The notes beneath the pieces were generated by a model. That model searched no databases. It saw only the letters and a program-made list of their open reading frames with translations, and was not told the origin of the DNA. DNA of 64,000 nucleotides, from positions 141,794,001 to 141,858,000 of the forward strand of contig OZ024742.1 of assembly GCA_964016885.1 (NCBI GenBank), read 5' to 3'. The stretch's first letter is position 1; the number at the start of each line of letters is the position of its first letter. Of the stretch, positions 1 to 14,566 are shown in pieces. Origin of the DNA: Eledone cirrhosa. Taxonomy: Eukaryota. A program made the translations under genes and the position numbers.

Positions 1-1389
1 TTATCCTTAGCAGAATCAAAGACATCTGTAGCGGAGTCGTTAGAGCGTTGGACAGCATTGCTTGCAGTATTTCCTCTGGATCTTTGCATTCTGTGCTCAA
101 ATTTTGCCAAGGCCAAGTTTGTCTTTCAGTCTTCCGGGGGTCGACTGGAATAGGGTTGTGGACTGACCAAAATTGTAGAAGCGTCGGAGGGGATTACATG
201 TAGTGTTCCGGCTGTTTTCGTTTCGTATTCAAACTGCGGCAGAAGGAGACATGACTTCTTTTTCTAGCAGAGTTAGTGACTGCGTAGATGCTTAGTCATT
301 GATTTACGTTTGCTTCTTATTGTTGACGTCATCGACATCATTATCGTTGTTTTTCTTTAAATTCAGGTCAGCCTGTTCGAGCATACCCATGATCAAATGC
401 ATTCTAGCTATGGCTGTACCGTCATTTTTAGAGTATATTCATATCCTAATGTACCTCTATATATTTAAGATGGCAGAGTAGTGAGTTGAGCGAGATGTAG
501 CTTATATTGCTAACAAATCCAGGCTTAATTCATTATTGTCTGTAAAGTCAAGTAGTTTAGTTTTAAAGGAACTAGATTAAACTTCCAGTTTAGTAAGTCA
601 GGCATAAATTAACTAATTCATTAATACTTTAATTAATAGAGAAAATTTGATTGTGAACGTCACCTTCAATCAATTGTTATAGAACTGGGGACTTTATTGA
701 TCTTTATGTTATGGGGGGAGTGATTATAAACATGAAAAGGTCGAGTTGCCGCGCAGAGAGTCCTACATTGACTCGTTCTAGTTTGTCATACCGTTTCACT
801 TAGCACGAATCACTTAATACAGGAGATGCAGCTTGACCAACAAAATGTCCACTCTCTGCACCCAATTGGTTCTTTATGGGTGTTACCAATTTAGCAATGT
901 CACCAATTAGAACATCACCAAATTGGGGTATATTTGATACACACACTTACACAGATACACGCATATGTATTCATATCTGGTATGCATGGTTACAATTTTA
1001 TTTATTTTTACTAATATTTCCCATTGATTATCAATATCACTGATTAGAAATTATAGATATAAAAGACTATGAAGGGTTAAACAATAATCTATAGTATCAT
1101 TCTGCTTGTATTTATATGTGTCCGAGTGTTTTAAGACAACCTTAACTGTAGAACGAAATCAAAACCATAGTTGAAAAACTAGTGAAAGGGTTAGGCTTTA
1201 AAAAAAAAATGGAACAAAATCAAAGATATCATCAAAGTCTTCAACATTATGAAACACGTTTAAGTAATATGCTTTAAATAAGATTGACTATGGGACGAAA
1301 TTGAAGAAGACAGTATTGACATCTTTAACATAACGATTTAAAATTTATGCTTGTGGCCATCAATTTATGTGGAGAGAAATGTCGAATAA

Positions 1390-1702
1390 ATAGACCCCCT
1401 GTACTTGACTGATACATAATTTCATCGACGTAGGAAGGATAAAAGGCAAAGTTGGCCTCGGTAGGATTTGAAATCAGAACGTAAAGGGCCGTAACTAAAT
1501 GCTGTAAAGTATTCTAACCAACACTCTATTGATTCTGCCAAGCAACCGCTCTTCAATGGTTTCTAATTTGTACACAAGGTCAGCAATCTTGGGAAGGTAG
1601 GAATTCGATTACATCAACCCCATTACTTATTTGGTACTTAATTTCATTGACCCCGGAAGGATGAAATGTAAAGCTGACCTCGGCTGGATTTGAACTCAGA
1701 AC
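1390..1702 (-). mobile_element. Two adjacent degenerate tRNA-derived SINE copies
   Basis: Diverged matches to the SINE core seen elsewhere (gaaggataaaaggcaaagttggcctcggtaggatttgaaatcagaac; gaaggatgaaatgtaaagctgacctcggctggatttgaactcagaac). Boundaries approximate. Confidence 0.7.
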
Positions 1703-2369
1703 GATGATTTCTAATTCAGGAATAATGGCAGCAATTTATGTGGCGGGGGAGGGAGTACTTTATATAGACCCAAGTATTTGACTGGTACGTTATTTTACTG
1801 ATCCTGGAGGGGTTTATTTTATTGACCTCAGCGAGTTCCAATTGTTAATAGTTGCTCCCTTTCGAACAGTGTTGGGGGTCTCGAGATACGCAATCTTTGT
1901 ACGTCCAACCTACGCCACCCAGGACGGGTCGTAGGCTCATGGCGAATTTTTGCGGCATGAAATAGAAACTGCAATATATTTTTCGAACAGGCCCCTTCTA
2001 CCTAAGACTAGAACGCGGCCCTTGCTAACCCACGTGAAGAATGATGCGGCATAGTCCTTTTTCGTTCCTCTCACGATATTGCAGTTTTGATGGCCTTATT
2101 CGCGCCAGTTACCAATCTGGTACTTTCTCAAATCGGCGAAGACTGGGATTTTTTAGAGGTGCCCTTTACTCGCCTCGTCATAGCTACATCACTGGGTTGT
2201 AAGAGTATTCTTGGGAGCTACAGGTGTCACCCATTGCTCCCTCTCCCCTAGTAGTTTACAGCTGTTGGCCCGGGGCTGCTTATTCGTCCGGCAGGTGCGT
2301 GCTTATATCGCAACTAACCATCATATCTGGTGGCCGTATCGCTATCCGCCATCTGCGTCCTGTTCTCCT

Positions 2370-2700
2370 GCACAGGAATCAGAAGAAGGGAAGTAGGGGA
2401 AAAGGTCACGCTCCCTATCTTCAATTTAGTGTTCGTGCCAACCCTTATCTATGGTCATGAATTTTGGGTAATGACCGAAAGTATACGATCGCGAATACAA
2501 ACGACTGAAATGGGGTTCCTCCAAAGGGTCTTTCGAGTAACGTTACTCGATAGAGTGCGTAGCTCGGATATTAGAAAGTCACTCCAGGAGGAGCCACTAC
2601 TTTTCTGAAAGATCACAGCTCCGATACTATGGGCATGTGGTTAGAACGTCTCAGGAAAGAATCGCTGGACAGATTTTACGAGCAAAACCAACCGGATCAG
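2370..2700 (+). mobile_element. RTE-clade LINE fragment (region C-terminal to RT), degenerate
   Basis: Translation VFVPTLIYGHEFWVMTESIRSRIQTTEMGFLQRVFRVTLLDRVRSSDIRKSL, then after a disruption RSQLRYYGHVVR. This matches the RTE-type P.L.YG.E.W ... EM.FL..I.G.T..DR.R...IR ... LRW.GH..R pattern. Confidence 0.8.
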
Positions 2701-4035
2701 TTGGAGATGCTTGCTTCTGACAGGACCCATTGGATGGAGTGTTTGAGAACTCTACCCACATGACCCTCCCATGTAGGTAGGCAAAGAAGACAACCTCAGC
2801 AGAATTTGAACTTAGAACGTCAAGAGGTTTAACTAAATGCTGAAGTATCTCCAGCCATCGCCAACCGAAAGGAAACGAATTCAACGAATTTAAGAATAGA
2901 AGAAAAACAAGGATATACTCGAAGCATTAAAATAATGAAACAATGCTATGAAGATCTAGGAATTTTTGCATCTATATAGAAATACAAATATTTATAAAAA
3001 AGAATTTCTCCGCATTCTTCTAACAGTAAATAAATACAGTAGTTTGAATTTGATGTTATTTTATTTATTGCACCTTTTTATGCAAGACAGTTAATGAAGA
3101 CTATAAATGTGTCAAACAGCGGTTCAGGTGTCTGATGATGTGGTGTTGATGGTGGTGATGGGGGTGATAATGAGAAGGGGGAAGTGGTGTGGAAGATAGA
3201 AGTGGTGGTGGGGTGGGGGATAGTATACAAGAAGATAAATATCTATAGGAGTTATTTTGATAAAAACAAAAAAAAATAATGATGTACATGAGTGATGTAA
3301 AAATTGTTTACGAGGTTTTCGTACATTCTATTGAATATTGATTAGAAAGTCATATGTTATTTGTACATACACATGTATATGGTTGTACATATGTGTGTAT
3401 ATATATGCATGCATATATATATATATATATATATATATGTGGTGTGTGTGTGTGATATATATTTAGAATGCCTGTGTGTGTACAAAGGTTTATAAATGTA
3501 TTTATTTCTTCCTATTTTGGAGAAAATGTGTGAATCTATTTTTGTTTAGTTTTTTGTGTGTATATATATGTATACATACTATGCGTGCGTATTCAATGTA
3601 CATGCAGGCTTGTATGTGAGTTTAAGCATGTACATATATACTTGTATGTGTTAAGTAATTCCATTTTATTTGTCAATTATTTCCCGTTGAGCCTTACATA
3701 GTACCATTAGAATCTGATTCAGAAGCTGGTGTTTGTTCACTAGGAACACGAATGACGTATTGGACCCCTTGAGCAAGACAAAAGCTACAAGTGTAGACCC
3801 GAAAATGTTTTTTTTTAAATAGTTGCGTGCAGAAAGTGACAGGCGACAAACTGTGAAGAGAACGCTTAGAAAGAGGAAGAAATAAATGTGGTGGGATAGT
3901 AGGGCAAACAGTGTGAAGAGAATATAATTGAAAGAAAATGGATTAAAAAAAAAAGCAGAGCTTGGCGATAGAAAATTAAGTACTTCCATTAGCAATTCGA
4001 TCTTAAAGTCGATACACACACACGCGCGCGCGTAG

Positions 4036-4036
<1 letters not shown>

Positions 4037-4123
<87 letters not shown>

Positions 4124-4142
4124 ACACACACACACACACACA
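4037..4142. repeat. (CA)n microsatellite
   Basis: Direct inspection; explains the CVCV ORFs. Confidence 0.95.
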
Positions 4143-4576
4143 TATAAATATGTATATGGTATTTCAAACATACAATTTAATATATACATTTGTGTGAGTG
4201 TGTATATGCCATGAAATGTTTTTTTGTTTTTTTATTAATGTTGTTCCCTACGGTCATTTCGATATTGTACAAGCTGCGAAAGTCGTATTTGGGTTACCAT
4301 TTCCCTATAATTCATCTAACCTGAAATGATGAAAGGTAAAGTTGATTTGAACTCATGGCGCAGAGAGCTGGAAGAATATTCACAAAACATTATCCCCCAC
4401 GCTTTTACAACTGTGTTAATTTACCGACAAAATTGCAGAAAAGCTTAACTAAATATCCCTAGGTATCCAATGTCATACTTGTTCTCTCAAACGACCTCCA
4501 CAGTAGCATAAATAAAACATTGGTTTCTTATAGAAACACCTGCATTAGGGCAGTACTACGTACTAATTATATATTG

Positions 4577-4787
4577 GTTTCTTATATAGGCACAAGGCCA
4601 GTGATTTTTGGGGAGGAGAAATTAAATCGACCCCAGTGCGTGACTGGTACTTTATTTTATCGACCCCGTGAGGATGAAAGGCAAAGTTAACCTCGGCGGG
4701 ATTTGAACTCAGATCATAAAGGGCCGTAACTCTTTGCTGCAAAGCATGGCGTCTGACTCTCTACCGATACTGCCACTCCACCGCCCT
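4577..4787 (-). mobile_element. tRNA-derived SINE with 14-bp target-site duplication
   Basis: Minus strand shows A-box-like TGGCAGTATCGG and B-box GAGTTCAAATCC. TSD ctaattatatattg at 4563-4576 and 4788-4801. Confidence 0.9.
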
Positions 4788-5855
4788 CTAATTATATATT
4801 GACTGTTAGTGAGTAACTTTTATATAAAAATACAAGAAATATGAGGCTGGGTGTGTTTTTCTGTAAATTTACCCAATACTTATATAGAATGGCCTTACAC
4901 AAATGAACATAAGTGCTGTAGGGAGGATATTCAAGAGAATATTTCTCAACTGGTATAAATGAAATATAGGGTTCTGGGACAGAAACAAATTATTCTATTT
5001 CGCAAAAAATTATAAATGTGAATATGTCATGAATATATACTGGTCTGTCCCTCTGCATCCCTCAGAAAATCATTCATAGTGAGTTCTAGTAAAGTCTTTT
5101 TCGCCGTTTTTTTAAATATTTCTAACTATATAAGTATTTGGTACACTTCATTATTTTATATTTTAGTAGTAAGCTATGTTGAGAAATGAAGTTTGTTCGA
5201 GTGGTATTCTAAATGCCATTAACATGGTTTCATGATAGATGCTGTACACAGCGTAACAATATGCATGAGTGCCATTGTAAATTTTCGATCGAATTTGTCC
5301 TCAGTGAATGGAACTATTGTAAGATAAAGATCAACTAAAAAGGGCAATTTAGGTTATTTCATCGAATTATTTCACCCCTTGATGTGTAATTTCAGATTGG
5401 CAAAGCTAGAAACGTTCTATATCTTTCCCAAGAACATACAACTACGTGAATAAATGTTATACACATAAGGCGGTGTTTACTCAACACTCAAATTCAAACT
5501 AAGTATTTTAGTAGTCGTTTTAGATCACCTTCATTCTGAATAGATTATTGACATAATTTCGACGCATGATGAATAAGGGTTGGATTGTGAGGTTGGTATG
5601 TTAGCTACCACATATAGCCTATAGTCAGAATAAGTATCTGGACTGGAAGTCAGGACTTTTTATAATCTGGAGAGTCATGTTTAGCTAAGTAAAAATAATA
5701 ATTGAGAGTATTGCAACCGTAAAATTTATACAAAAATATTTACAAGTAAACACATCTTTAGCTAACGTTTTTTTCTTACTCAGCGCGATTTGTTTGAATC
5801 TCACTTGAAATTGCTGCAGTGTCAGGATCATAAGTCGTGGCTTTTATTTTAATAT

Positions 5856-6100
<245 letters not shown>

Positions 6101-6843
6101 CAGAGCCACTAAGAGCCACTCAAGGTAGATTAAAGAGCCTGATTGAGATTTTTAAAAGTAAGCTGCTTAGATTTTCATTGTTTTCTTCAAGTAAGGACTT
6201 TGAAATTTGCGAGTCACGTGTTTTGATCGTGGATACAGTTCAGTTTCGGGGACGAAATTAAATAAAAAATACGAATCATTAATTCTTTGTTTGTAAGTGA
6301 CTCTCGTCAATCTTCAAGTATCTTAATCATAGGATGTTCAATAAATACATCCAGGGATGGTATATCCCTGTAATATATCTTCTCTATATAGCTTGCTATA
6401 TCTTTGTTATGCATATACTGTATAGTTTGAAAATGAAACTGCTTTTAGCCCCGGAAATATTTTTCTCGTAATTTCTATTTTGTTCGCTTTTTAAAAAATA
6501 TCTAACATTTTTTAAAACCACTGAATGTGTTTACGGCTTAATATAATTGTTTTCTTACGTCATTTGAATACGTTTTTGTAAATATATGTTAGACTGAAGC
6601 AACGCTCATGAACATAGTAGGTGGTTACAGATTGTAAGACAGTATAATCATAATTGACTTGCAGAAGCATAAAAAATAATTAAGTTCGACCTCAAGATTT
6701 ATGTCGTTGTATATCATTAACTTAATGTGTTTTTACACACACAGAGACGCACGCACACACCCACACAAACACACGCGCGCGCACGCACACATACACACAC
6801 ACACACATATATATATACGTATACATATATATATATGTATATG

Positions 6844-6881
<38 letters not shown>

Positions 6882-6891
<10 letters not shown>

Positions 6892-7560
6892 GATTGACAT
6901 ATATATATATAAAATAAACATATGGAACAATCGCAAGGAATAATTTGTAAAGAATGTAAGCACACATAGGTAGTGGATATGGCGCATGTCTCTCAGACAT
7001 GACAACCCTTAATTTAATTTTGGGTATATATACGGCCCCTTAATTGTAGAGCTAATTCAGTTGAATGGTCTCGGCTGCTATTTCTAGCCGGCGATAATCC
7101 TATTCACGCTACTGGGATGATGCGGTACGATGTGTGTATTTTTTAAAAATGCAACAAGTGGTTCGAATCATTCAGAAATTTGCATTTGCTTTTTAAACGC
7201 AGATAGTTGGATCTTCTCCTTTGGTGGTCATCCAGGATTTGACTACTGTGATTTACTGGTTAATTGGTGAAATATATTTTTTATTTAAAGAAATATATAC
7301 AAAGGGGATTAATCATTTTATAAGGTATATTTGAAGTTCTAGTTAAACTTTAATTGGTTCCCTACCTAGCTATGTGTGCTTACATACTTTACAAATTATT
7401 CCCTGTGATTATTCCATATGTATATTTTATATATATATATGTCAATCTATTTCTATTTTATATGAAATGCTCGGATCTATTCATTGGAATCTTTGAGCTT
7501 ATTCTGCAGTGGATATGGCTCATGTCTCTCAGATATGACAACCCTTAATTTAATTTATTT
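6882..7560. repeat. (TA)n-flanked module with inverted plus direct partial duplication (Penelope-like remnant architecture)
   Basis: About 6882-6973 is the reverse complement of about 7361-7457. gtggatatgg(c)gcatgtctctcaga(c/t)atgacaacccttaatttaattt occurs directly repeated at about 6973 and 7508. A related motif lies near 52733. Confidence 0.7.
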
Positions 7561-7561
7561 T

Positions 7562-7611
<50 letters not shown>

Positions 7612-8465
7612 AATTCATCGTCTATTATAAAAAAGTATATTAGTTGTATAAAAGTACACATACAAACATACGAAGTGGTTTGACAATTAAGAAGAATGCA
7701 TTTATATGTTGAAAAAAAGAAAGTTGCTTATTTGAAAAATTATTGACACAGATAAATACATATTTTCCTGCACAAATGATAACAGAAATATCTGAAGCTA
7801 TTTAAGTATTCACAAAACAGTTCTATTTCTGTTGGGAGTAACGTAATTTTATTGGGTATAAGTAATATCTTGAGAGAAAGAATATGGGTAATTTTAATTT
7901 GATTGGCTCTCTCACGGACATTAACAACATAATATAAATAGATTGTTTCCTCAAGGAATCAAAATTACGCATGGCTAGAATCTCACGAATGAGCGTGTGT
8001 AAATGTGTGTGTGTAATGGGTTCTTATTAAAAATATTTTTGTAATAAACAGACTAAACATGCATATATTAAGGACACATATAGTATACAAAGTCAATATA
8101 CTATTTGTTATTAATGGCGACTGTTAACTACGATGTTTTGCCGACATCACTGGCTTATTAGTAATGACAGAGAAACTCTGCAATAAAAAGTCACCATTAA
8201 TAGCAAATATTATACTATACTATTTATAGTTAAAATTAAATTAAAAGTTAAAGTCTTATCCCAGTTTCATTGGCGTTGAGTGATTGAGAGTACAAGACTA
8301 TCCCAAGGCCATGTTAACTCTGCTAGTATAAATTTTCAGCTAAATAGACTGTAGAAACATGAAATGAAGTGTTTTGTGCAAGACCACAACACACCTTCAC
8401 ACACATACGTGCACGTTTGTGTAAATGTGCAACGACACATAGACTTCTGCAAGCAAGAAGGACAA

Positions 8466-8860
<395 letters not shown>

Positions 8861-8987
8861 CTACATGACTAGAACTGTTTCATCCGTGAGAAATCATCAG
8901 GAAGCTCTTCTATATTAAAATTTTTATAATCTGCTATGTATTGAGTACCCTATTTACTGTCGTTACCTCCGATTCAACTCGGAATAA

Positions 8988-9060
<73 letters not shown>

Positions 9061-9117
9061 ACATTGTTTCCAATTCCAACCCGCCCGTCCCATCAATCTA
9101 TTTTATTTCTCATTCTT

Positions 9118-9153
9118 TCTTCTGATGAAGGACTAGCGTCCGAAACGTTAAGA
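9118..9153 (+). ncRNA. Minimal type I hammerhead ribozyme motif
   Basis: UCUU-CUGAUGA-A-GGAC-UAGC-GUCC-GAAA-CG-UU-AAGA. 4-bp helix I, 4-bp helix II, palindromic AACGUU helix III. Confidence 0.7.
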
Positions 9154-9575
9154 CCCTCTTCCTGCTATATCAAGCGTTAACCTAATATATCCCTTCCATA
9201 TACTGTACCGATTGTGTTGTTATTTCTGTTTACCTTTTACATATATACATATGTATATATACTCGTATTTGCTTTGGAGCTCTGAAATGGCGATGTAAAT
9301 ATGAATGTACATCGCTGTTTAATAATATACTGTATATTTATTCAAAAACACTTTGAAGGTCTTTCGCTGTGAATTTATGGTAGTAACTGTATTCACGTGC
9401 CAGCCGCAGCAAAAACAAAGAGGAATAAACATACAGTATATTATCAAATATACAATACGTACATCCATATACACATCAATATTTCAGAGATCCAACACAA
9501 ATTCTAATTGTTGCTGGGCCGGCAACCGCTCTGTATGTTAATAAGTTTAAACAGCTCATGAACATAATTGTTGCT

Positions 9576-9725
9576 ACTTTCGGCACAAGGCCAGCATTTA
9601 CCCAGTATATTACTGGTACTTTATTTTATCGACCCCGTGAGGATGAAAGGCAAAGTTAACCTCGGCGGGATTTGAACTCAGAATGGAAAGGGCCGTAACT
9701 CTTTGCGTCAAAGCATGGCGTCCGA
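9576..9725 (-). mobile_element. 5'-truncated tRNA-derived SINE
   Basis: Near identical to part of the SINE at 55722-55904. Confidence 0.85.
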
Positions 9726-9948
9726 AATTAGTATTCTATAAGAATCCAGCTTCTACAGCTGACAGCTGAAAACAGAGGGGAATATGACCTTGATAACCAC
9801 AAAACAGCGACAAACGCGTCGGTTATTCCCCTTTATTTTTCTGAGGTTTGGCATGTGACTTCAGTCACTACCTTATATTCATAGCGAAAGTCCTTCAAAA
9901 TATTTTAAAATAAACATACAGTATATTATTAGATATACAATACGTTCA

Positions 9949-10003
<55 letters not shown>

Positions 10004-10210
10004 TTATTAAAATAACAGATTATGCAAAAGTTTTATTTAAAATTGTTGGGTTACAACAAGTAAATATTTTATAACTGATATAAAGCACTCGACAAGTTTT
10101 TGGAGTAGATATACGATATTAAACAAATGGAAACTATATTTATAAAACCATATTTATTTCATTATACATATTTCAGGGATACCATATTAAAAATACGGTA
10201 TATATATTGT

Positions 10211-10274
10211 ATTTTATCTGACGAAGGCATGCCATATTTTTAATATGGTATCCCTGAAATATGTATAATGAAAT
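10211..10274 (+). ncRNA. Type I hammerhead ribozyme motif with long helix II
   Basis: AUUUUAU-CUGACGA-AGG(C)AUGCCAUAUU-UUU-AAUAUGGUAU(C)CCU-GAAA-UAUGUA-UA-AUGAAAU. 7-bp helix I; AAUAAA overlaps its 3' strand. Confidence 0.8.
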
Positions 10275-10405
10275 AAATATGGTTTTATAAATATAGTTTC
10301 CATTTGTTTAATATCGTATATATATATATATTTTAAACGTCACCGATAGGATGTCCAGAAATAGCCGTCGAAACGGCTTGAGCTCTGCCGTCGCTGTCCT
10401 GAACC

Positions 10406-10897
<492 letters not shown>

Positions 10898-10954
10898 TAT
10901 CGGTTTCAACACACGATTTCAGATAAAGAATCTTGCTAAACAAAATCAGAAACG

Positions 10955-10992
<38 letters not shown>

Positions 10993-11280
10993 GTTTACAT
11001 ATACATAAAGTCATAGATATATATGTTGCAACCGGTCACTTTGTGGCTCTATGAAGAATTAATAAATTAAATAATCAGATCAAGAAATGGTATATATTTT
11101 ATCTAATAATTCTAAGGACATGATTTATGATATATATATGATATATATATATATATATATAAATTGAAACAAAATGAAAACGAAATTTCATTTCTCACTC
11201 TTAGTATGGCACTTACTTAAATGTAAGTATGCATGTATACGTACATACATATATGTATACAGACGTACAGTAGCATGCAC

Positions 11281-11313
<33 letters not shown>

Positions 11314-11469
11314 TATACATATGCATACAGGTACACATACATATATGCACGTATCAGTTTAGCGGCGCTAACGTCGCTTTGTTCGTTTGTAAACAAACTG
11401 AACAGCCTGAATTTATGCCATACGGTGTTAAGGCAACCACGTCACCTTTTTGTTCAACACTGACACAGG

Positions 11470-11514
11470 AACGATGTACTAGTTTCAAGCTTGTTAGCTA
11501 TCATCAGCACCGTT
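11470..11514 (-). ncRNA. Minimal type I hammerhead ribozyme, unit 1
   Basis: Minus strand: AACGGUG-CUGAUGA-U-AGCU-AACA-AGCU-U-GAAA-CUAG-UA-CAUCGUU. 7-bp helix I, 4-bp helix II, palindromic ACUAGU helix III, GUA cleavage triplet. Confidence 0.85.
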
Positions 11515-11547
11515 TACCCATCTGCCAGATAGTTGAACGTTCGAAAG

Positions 11548-11595
11548 TATATACTTTCCTTATGAAAATTAACGGCTGAGCAGCCTAATTTGCAT
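11548..11595 (-). promoter_or_regulatory. Octamer (ATGCAAAT) plus TATATA, upstream of the HHR on the ribozyme strand
   Basis: ATTTGCAT at 11588-11595 and TATATA at 11548-11553. Both are retained in the diverged copy near 23582-23630. Confidence 0.4.
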
Positions 11596-11754
11596 ATTGA
11601 GTGAGTTAAATCGGTTAGGCATACCGAAAACGATAAATTGAAACAAAATGAAAACGAAATTTCATTTCTCACTCTTAGTATGGCACTTACTTAAATGTAA
11701 GTATGCATGTATACGTACATACATATATGTATACAGACGTACAGTAGCATGCAC

Positions 11755-11789
<35 letters not shown>

Positions 11790-11945
11790 TATACATATGC
11801 ATACAGGTACACATACATATATGCACGTATCAGTTTAGCGGCGCTAACGTCGCTTTGTTCGTTTGTAAACAAACTGAACAGCCTGAATTTATGCCATACG
11901 GTGTTAAGGCAACCACGTCACCTTTTTGTTCAACACTGACACAGG

Positions 11946-11990
11946 AACGATGTACTAGTTTCAAGCTTGTTAGCTATCATCAGCACCGTT
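11946..11990 (-). ncRNA. Minimal type I hammerhead ribozyme, unit 2
   Basis: Identical to the unit 1 motif. Confidence 0.85.
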
Positions 11991-12230
11991 TACCCATCTG
12001 CCAGATAGTTGAACGTTCGAAAGTATATACTTTCCTTATGAAAATTAACGGCTGAGCAGCCTAATTTGCATATTGAGTGAGTTAAATCGGTTAGGCATAC
12101 CGAAAACGATAAATTGAAACAAAATGAAAACGAAATTTCATTTCTCACTCTTAGTATGGCACTTACTTAAATGTAAGTATGCATGTATACGTACATACAT
12201 ATATGTATACAGACGTACAGTAGCATGCAC

Positions 12231-12265
<35 letters not shown>

Positions 12266-12421
12266 TATACATATGCATACAGGTACACATACATATATGC
12301 ACGTATCAGTTTAGCGGCGCTAACGTCGCTTTGTTCGTTTGTAAACAAACTGAACAGCCTGAATTTATGCCATACGGTGTTAAGGCAACCACGTCACCTT
12401 TTTGTTCAACACTGACACAGG

Positions 12422-12466
12422 AACGATGTACTAGTTTCAAGCTTGTTAGCTATCATCAGCACCGTT
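12422..12466 (-). ncRNA. Minimal type I hammerhead ribozyme, unit 3
   Basis: Identical to the unit 1 motif. Confidence 0.85.
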
Positions 12467-12569
12467 TACCCATCTGCCAGATAGTTGAACGTTCGAAAGT
12501 ATATACTTTCCTTATGAAAATTAACGGCTGAGCAGCCTAATTTGCATATTGAGTGAGTTAAATCGGTTA

Positions 12570-12669
<100 letters not shown>

Positions 12670-12708
12670 ATTAAATAAATGGAAAACTATATTTATAAAA
12701 CCATATTT

Positions 12709-12772
12709 ATTTCATTATATATATTTCGGGGATATCATATTAACAATATGCTATGCCTTCATCAGACAAAAT
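12709..12772 (-). ncRNA. Hammerhead ribozyme motif (same family as 10211)
   Basis: Minus strand: AUUUUGU-CUGAUGA-AGGCAUAGCAUAUUGUUAAUAUGAUAUCCCC-GAAA-UAUAUA-UA-AUGAAAU. Confidence 0.7.
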
Positions 12773-12943
12773 ACAATATAAACAGTTTTATAGATAAATA
12801 TATTCGACATACCGTAATAAACATCAACTTCATTTGAAGAGGTTCACTCTAATATTGTAAATATACTCCAAGTATTTGTCGAGTGCTTTTATATCAGTTA
12901 TAAATATTTACTAGTTGTAACCCAACAATTTTAAATATAACTT

Positions 12944-13010
<67 letters not shown>

Positions 13011-13208
13011 GGAAAGTTATATTTAAAATTGTTGGGTTACAACTAGTAAATATTTATAACTGTAAATATTTACAACTAGTAAATATTTATAACTGTAAAT
13101 TATTTATAACTAGTAAATATTTATAACTGCCAGCGTAAACCTCTTCAAATGAAGTCGGTGTTATAACGGTATGTCGAATCTATTTATCTATAAAACTGTT
13201 TATATTGT

Positions 13209-13272
13209 ATTTTGTCTGATGAAGGCATAGCATATTGTTAATATGATATCCTCGAAATATATATAATGAAAT
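13209..13272 (+). ncRNA. Hammerhead ribozyme motif (same family as 10211)
   Basis: AUUUUGU-CUGAUGA-AGGCAUAGCAUAUUGUUAAUAUGAUAUCCUC-GAAA-UAUAUA-UA-AUGAAAU. Confidence 0.7.
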
Positions 13273-13379
13273 AAATATGGTTTTATAAATATAGTTTTCC
13301 ATTTATTTAATATTATATATATATATATATATATATGGCAAGTAAGTATGGTTTGAAACAGTGAGCAGGTTTGAAATTA

Positions 13380-13417
<38 letters not shown>

Positions 13418-13503
13418 AAAGGATAAAGATCTCATATTTCGTTGTGGAGTTATAGAGGCACCGTCACACGGCGTATCTAGGGCACATTTTCTCTCTGTCT
13501 CTC

Positions 13504-13804
<301 letters not shown>

Positions 13805-14489
13805 TATATATATATATATATATATAATGTGTTAAGGCACCAATATATAATATATATCTATTGTCATAAGAGAATTCAAGAGAAAAGAGATAATTAGTTG
13901 CGTTGGGTGTATGACAACCAGTAAAGAAGTAACTAGAACAAAATGTAGATATACAGATAAAGGTGAAAGAGACAAATCATATATTGTCACCTAATTACTT
14001 ATTGATATCTTCAAAACAATCTATTAGTTTTGTTTTATTCATTCCCCTTTAAACAAATTTTAAGAACGGAATCCTTAATCAACATGTCAAGACAAAAATA
14101 GAACACAATGGCACCCTAGTAACACAAACACAGAACCATAATCACAAACCAATATATATCTATATATCCAGTGAAACAACGAATATCATAGATTGATATT
14201 GCAATGCTTGCTAGTACTGCTAAGAAATTTAAATACAAACGAAATGAAAGTGATATTAAACGTTATTCCAAAAGTAATATATACTCGATTTATGTCAGTT
14301 TCTATGGTTAAATTAAATGTTCGAATTTGCAATTATTATATTTTTTGTAATCAGTATTCTAATTACTGCTCACACACACTACGTATATAAATATGTATGG
14401 GTATAGGTGTGTGTGTATATATATATTTACATACACGCACACACACATACACACACACACACACACATATATATATGTATGTGTATGTG

Positions 14490-14566
<77 letters not shown>

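Noticed and set aside
11648-12531. Two identical 135-aa ORFs in the tandem units
   Set aside because: The frame depends on internal (TA)n length and is broken in unit 1. There is no recognisable domain, and the ORFs are antisense to the ribozyme.
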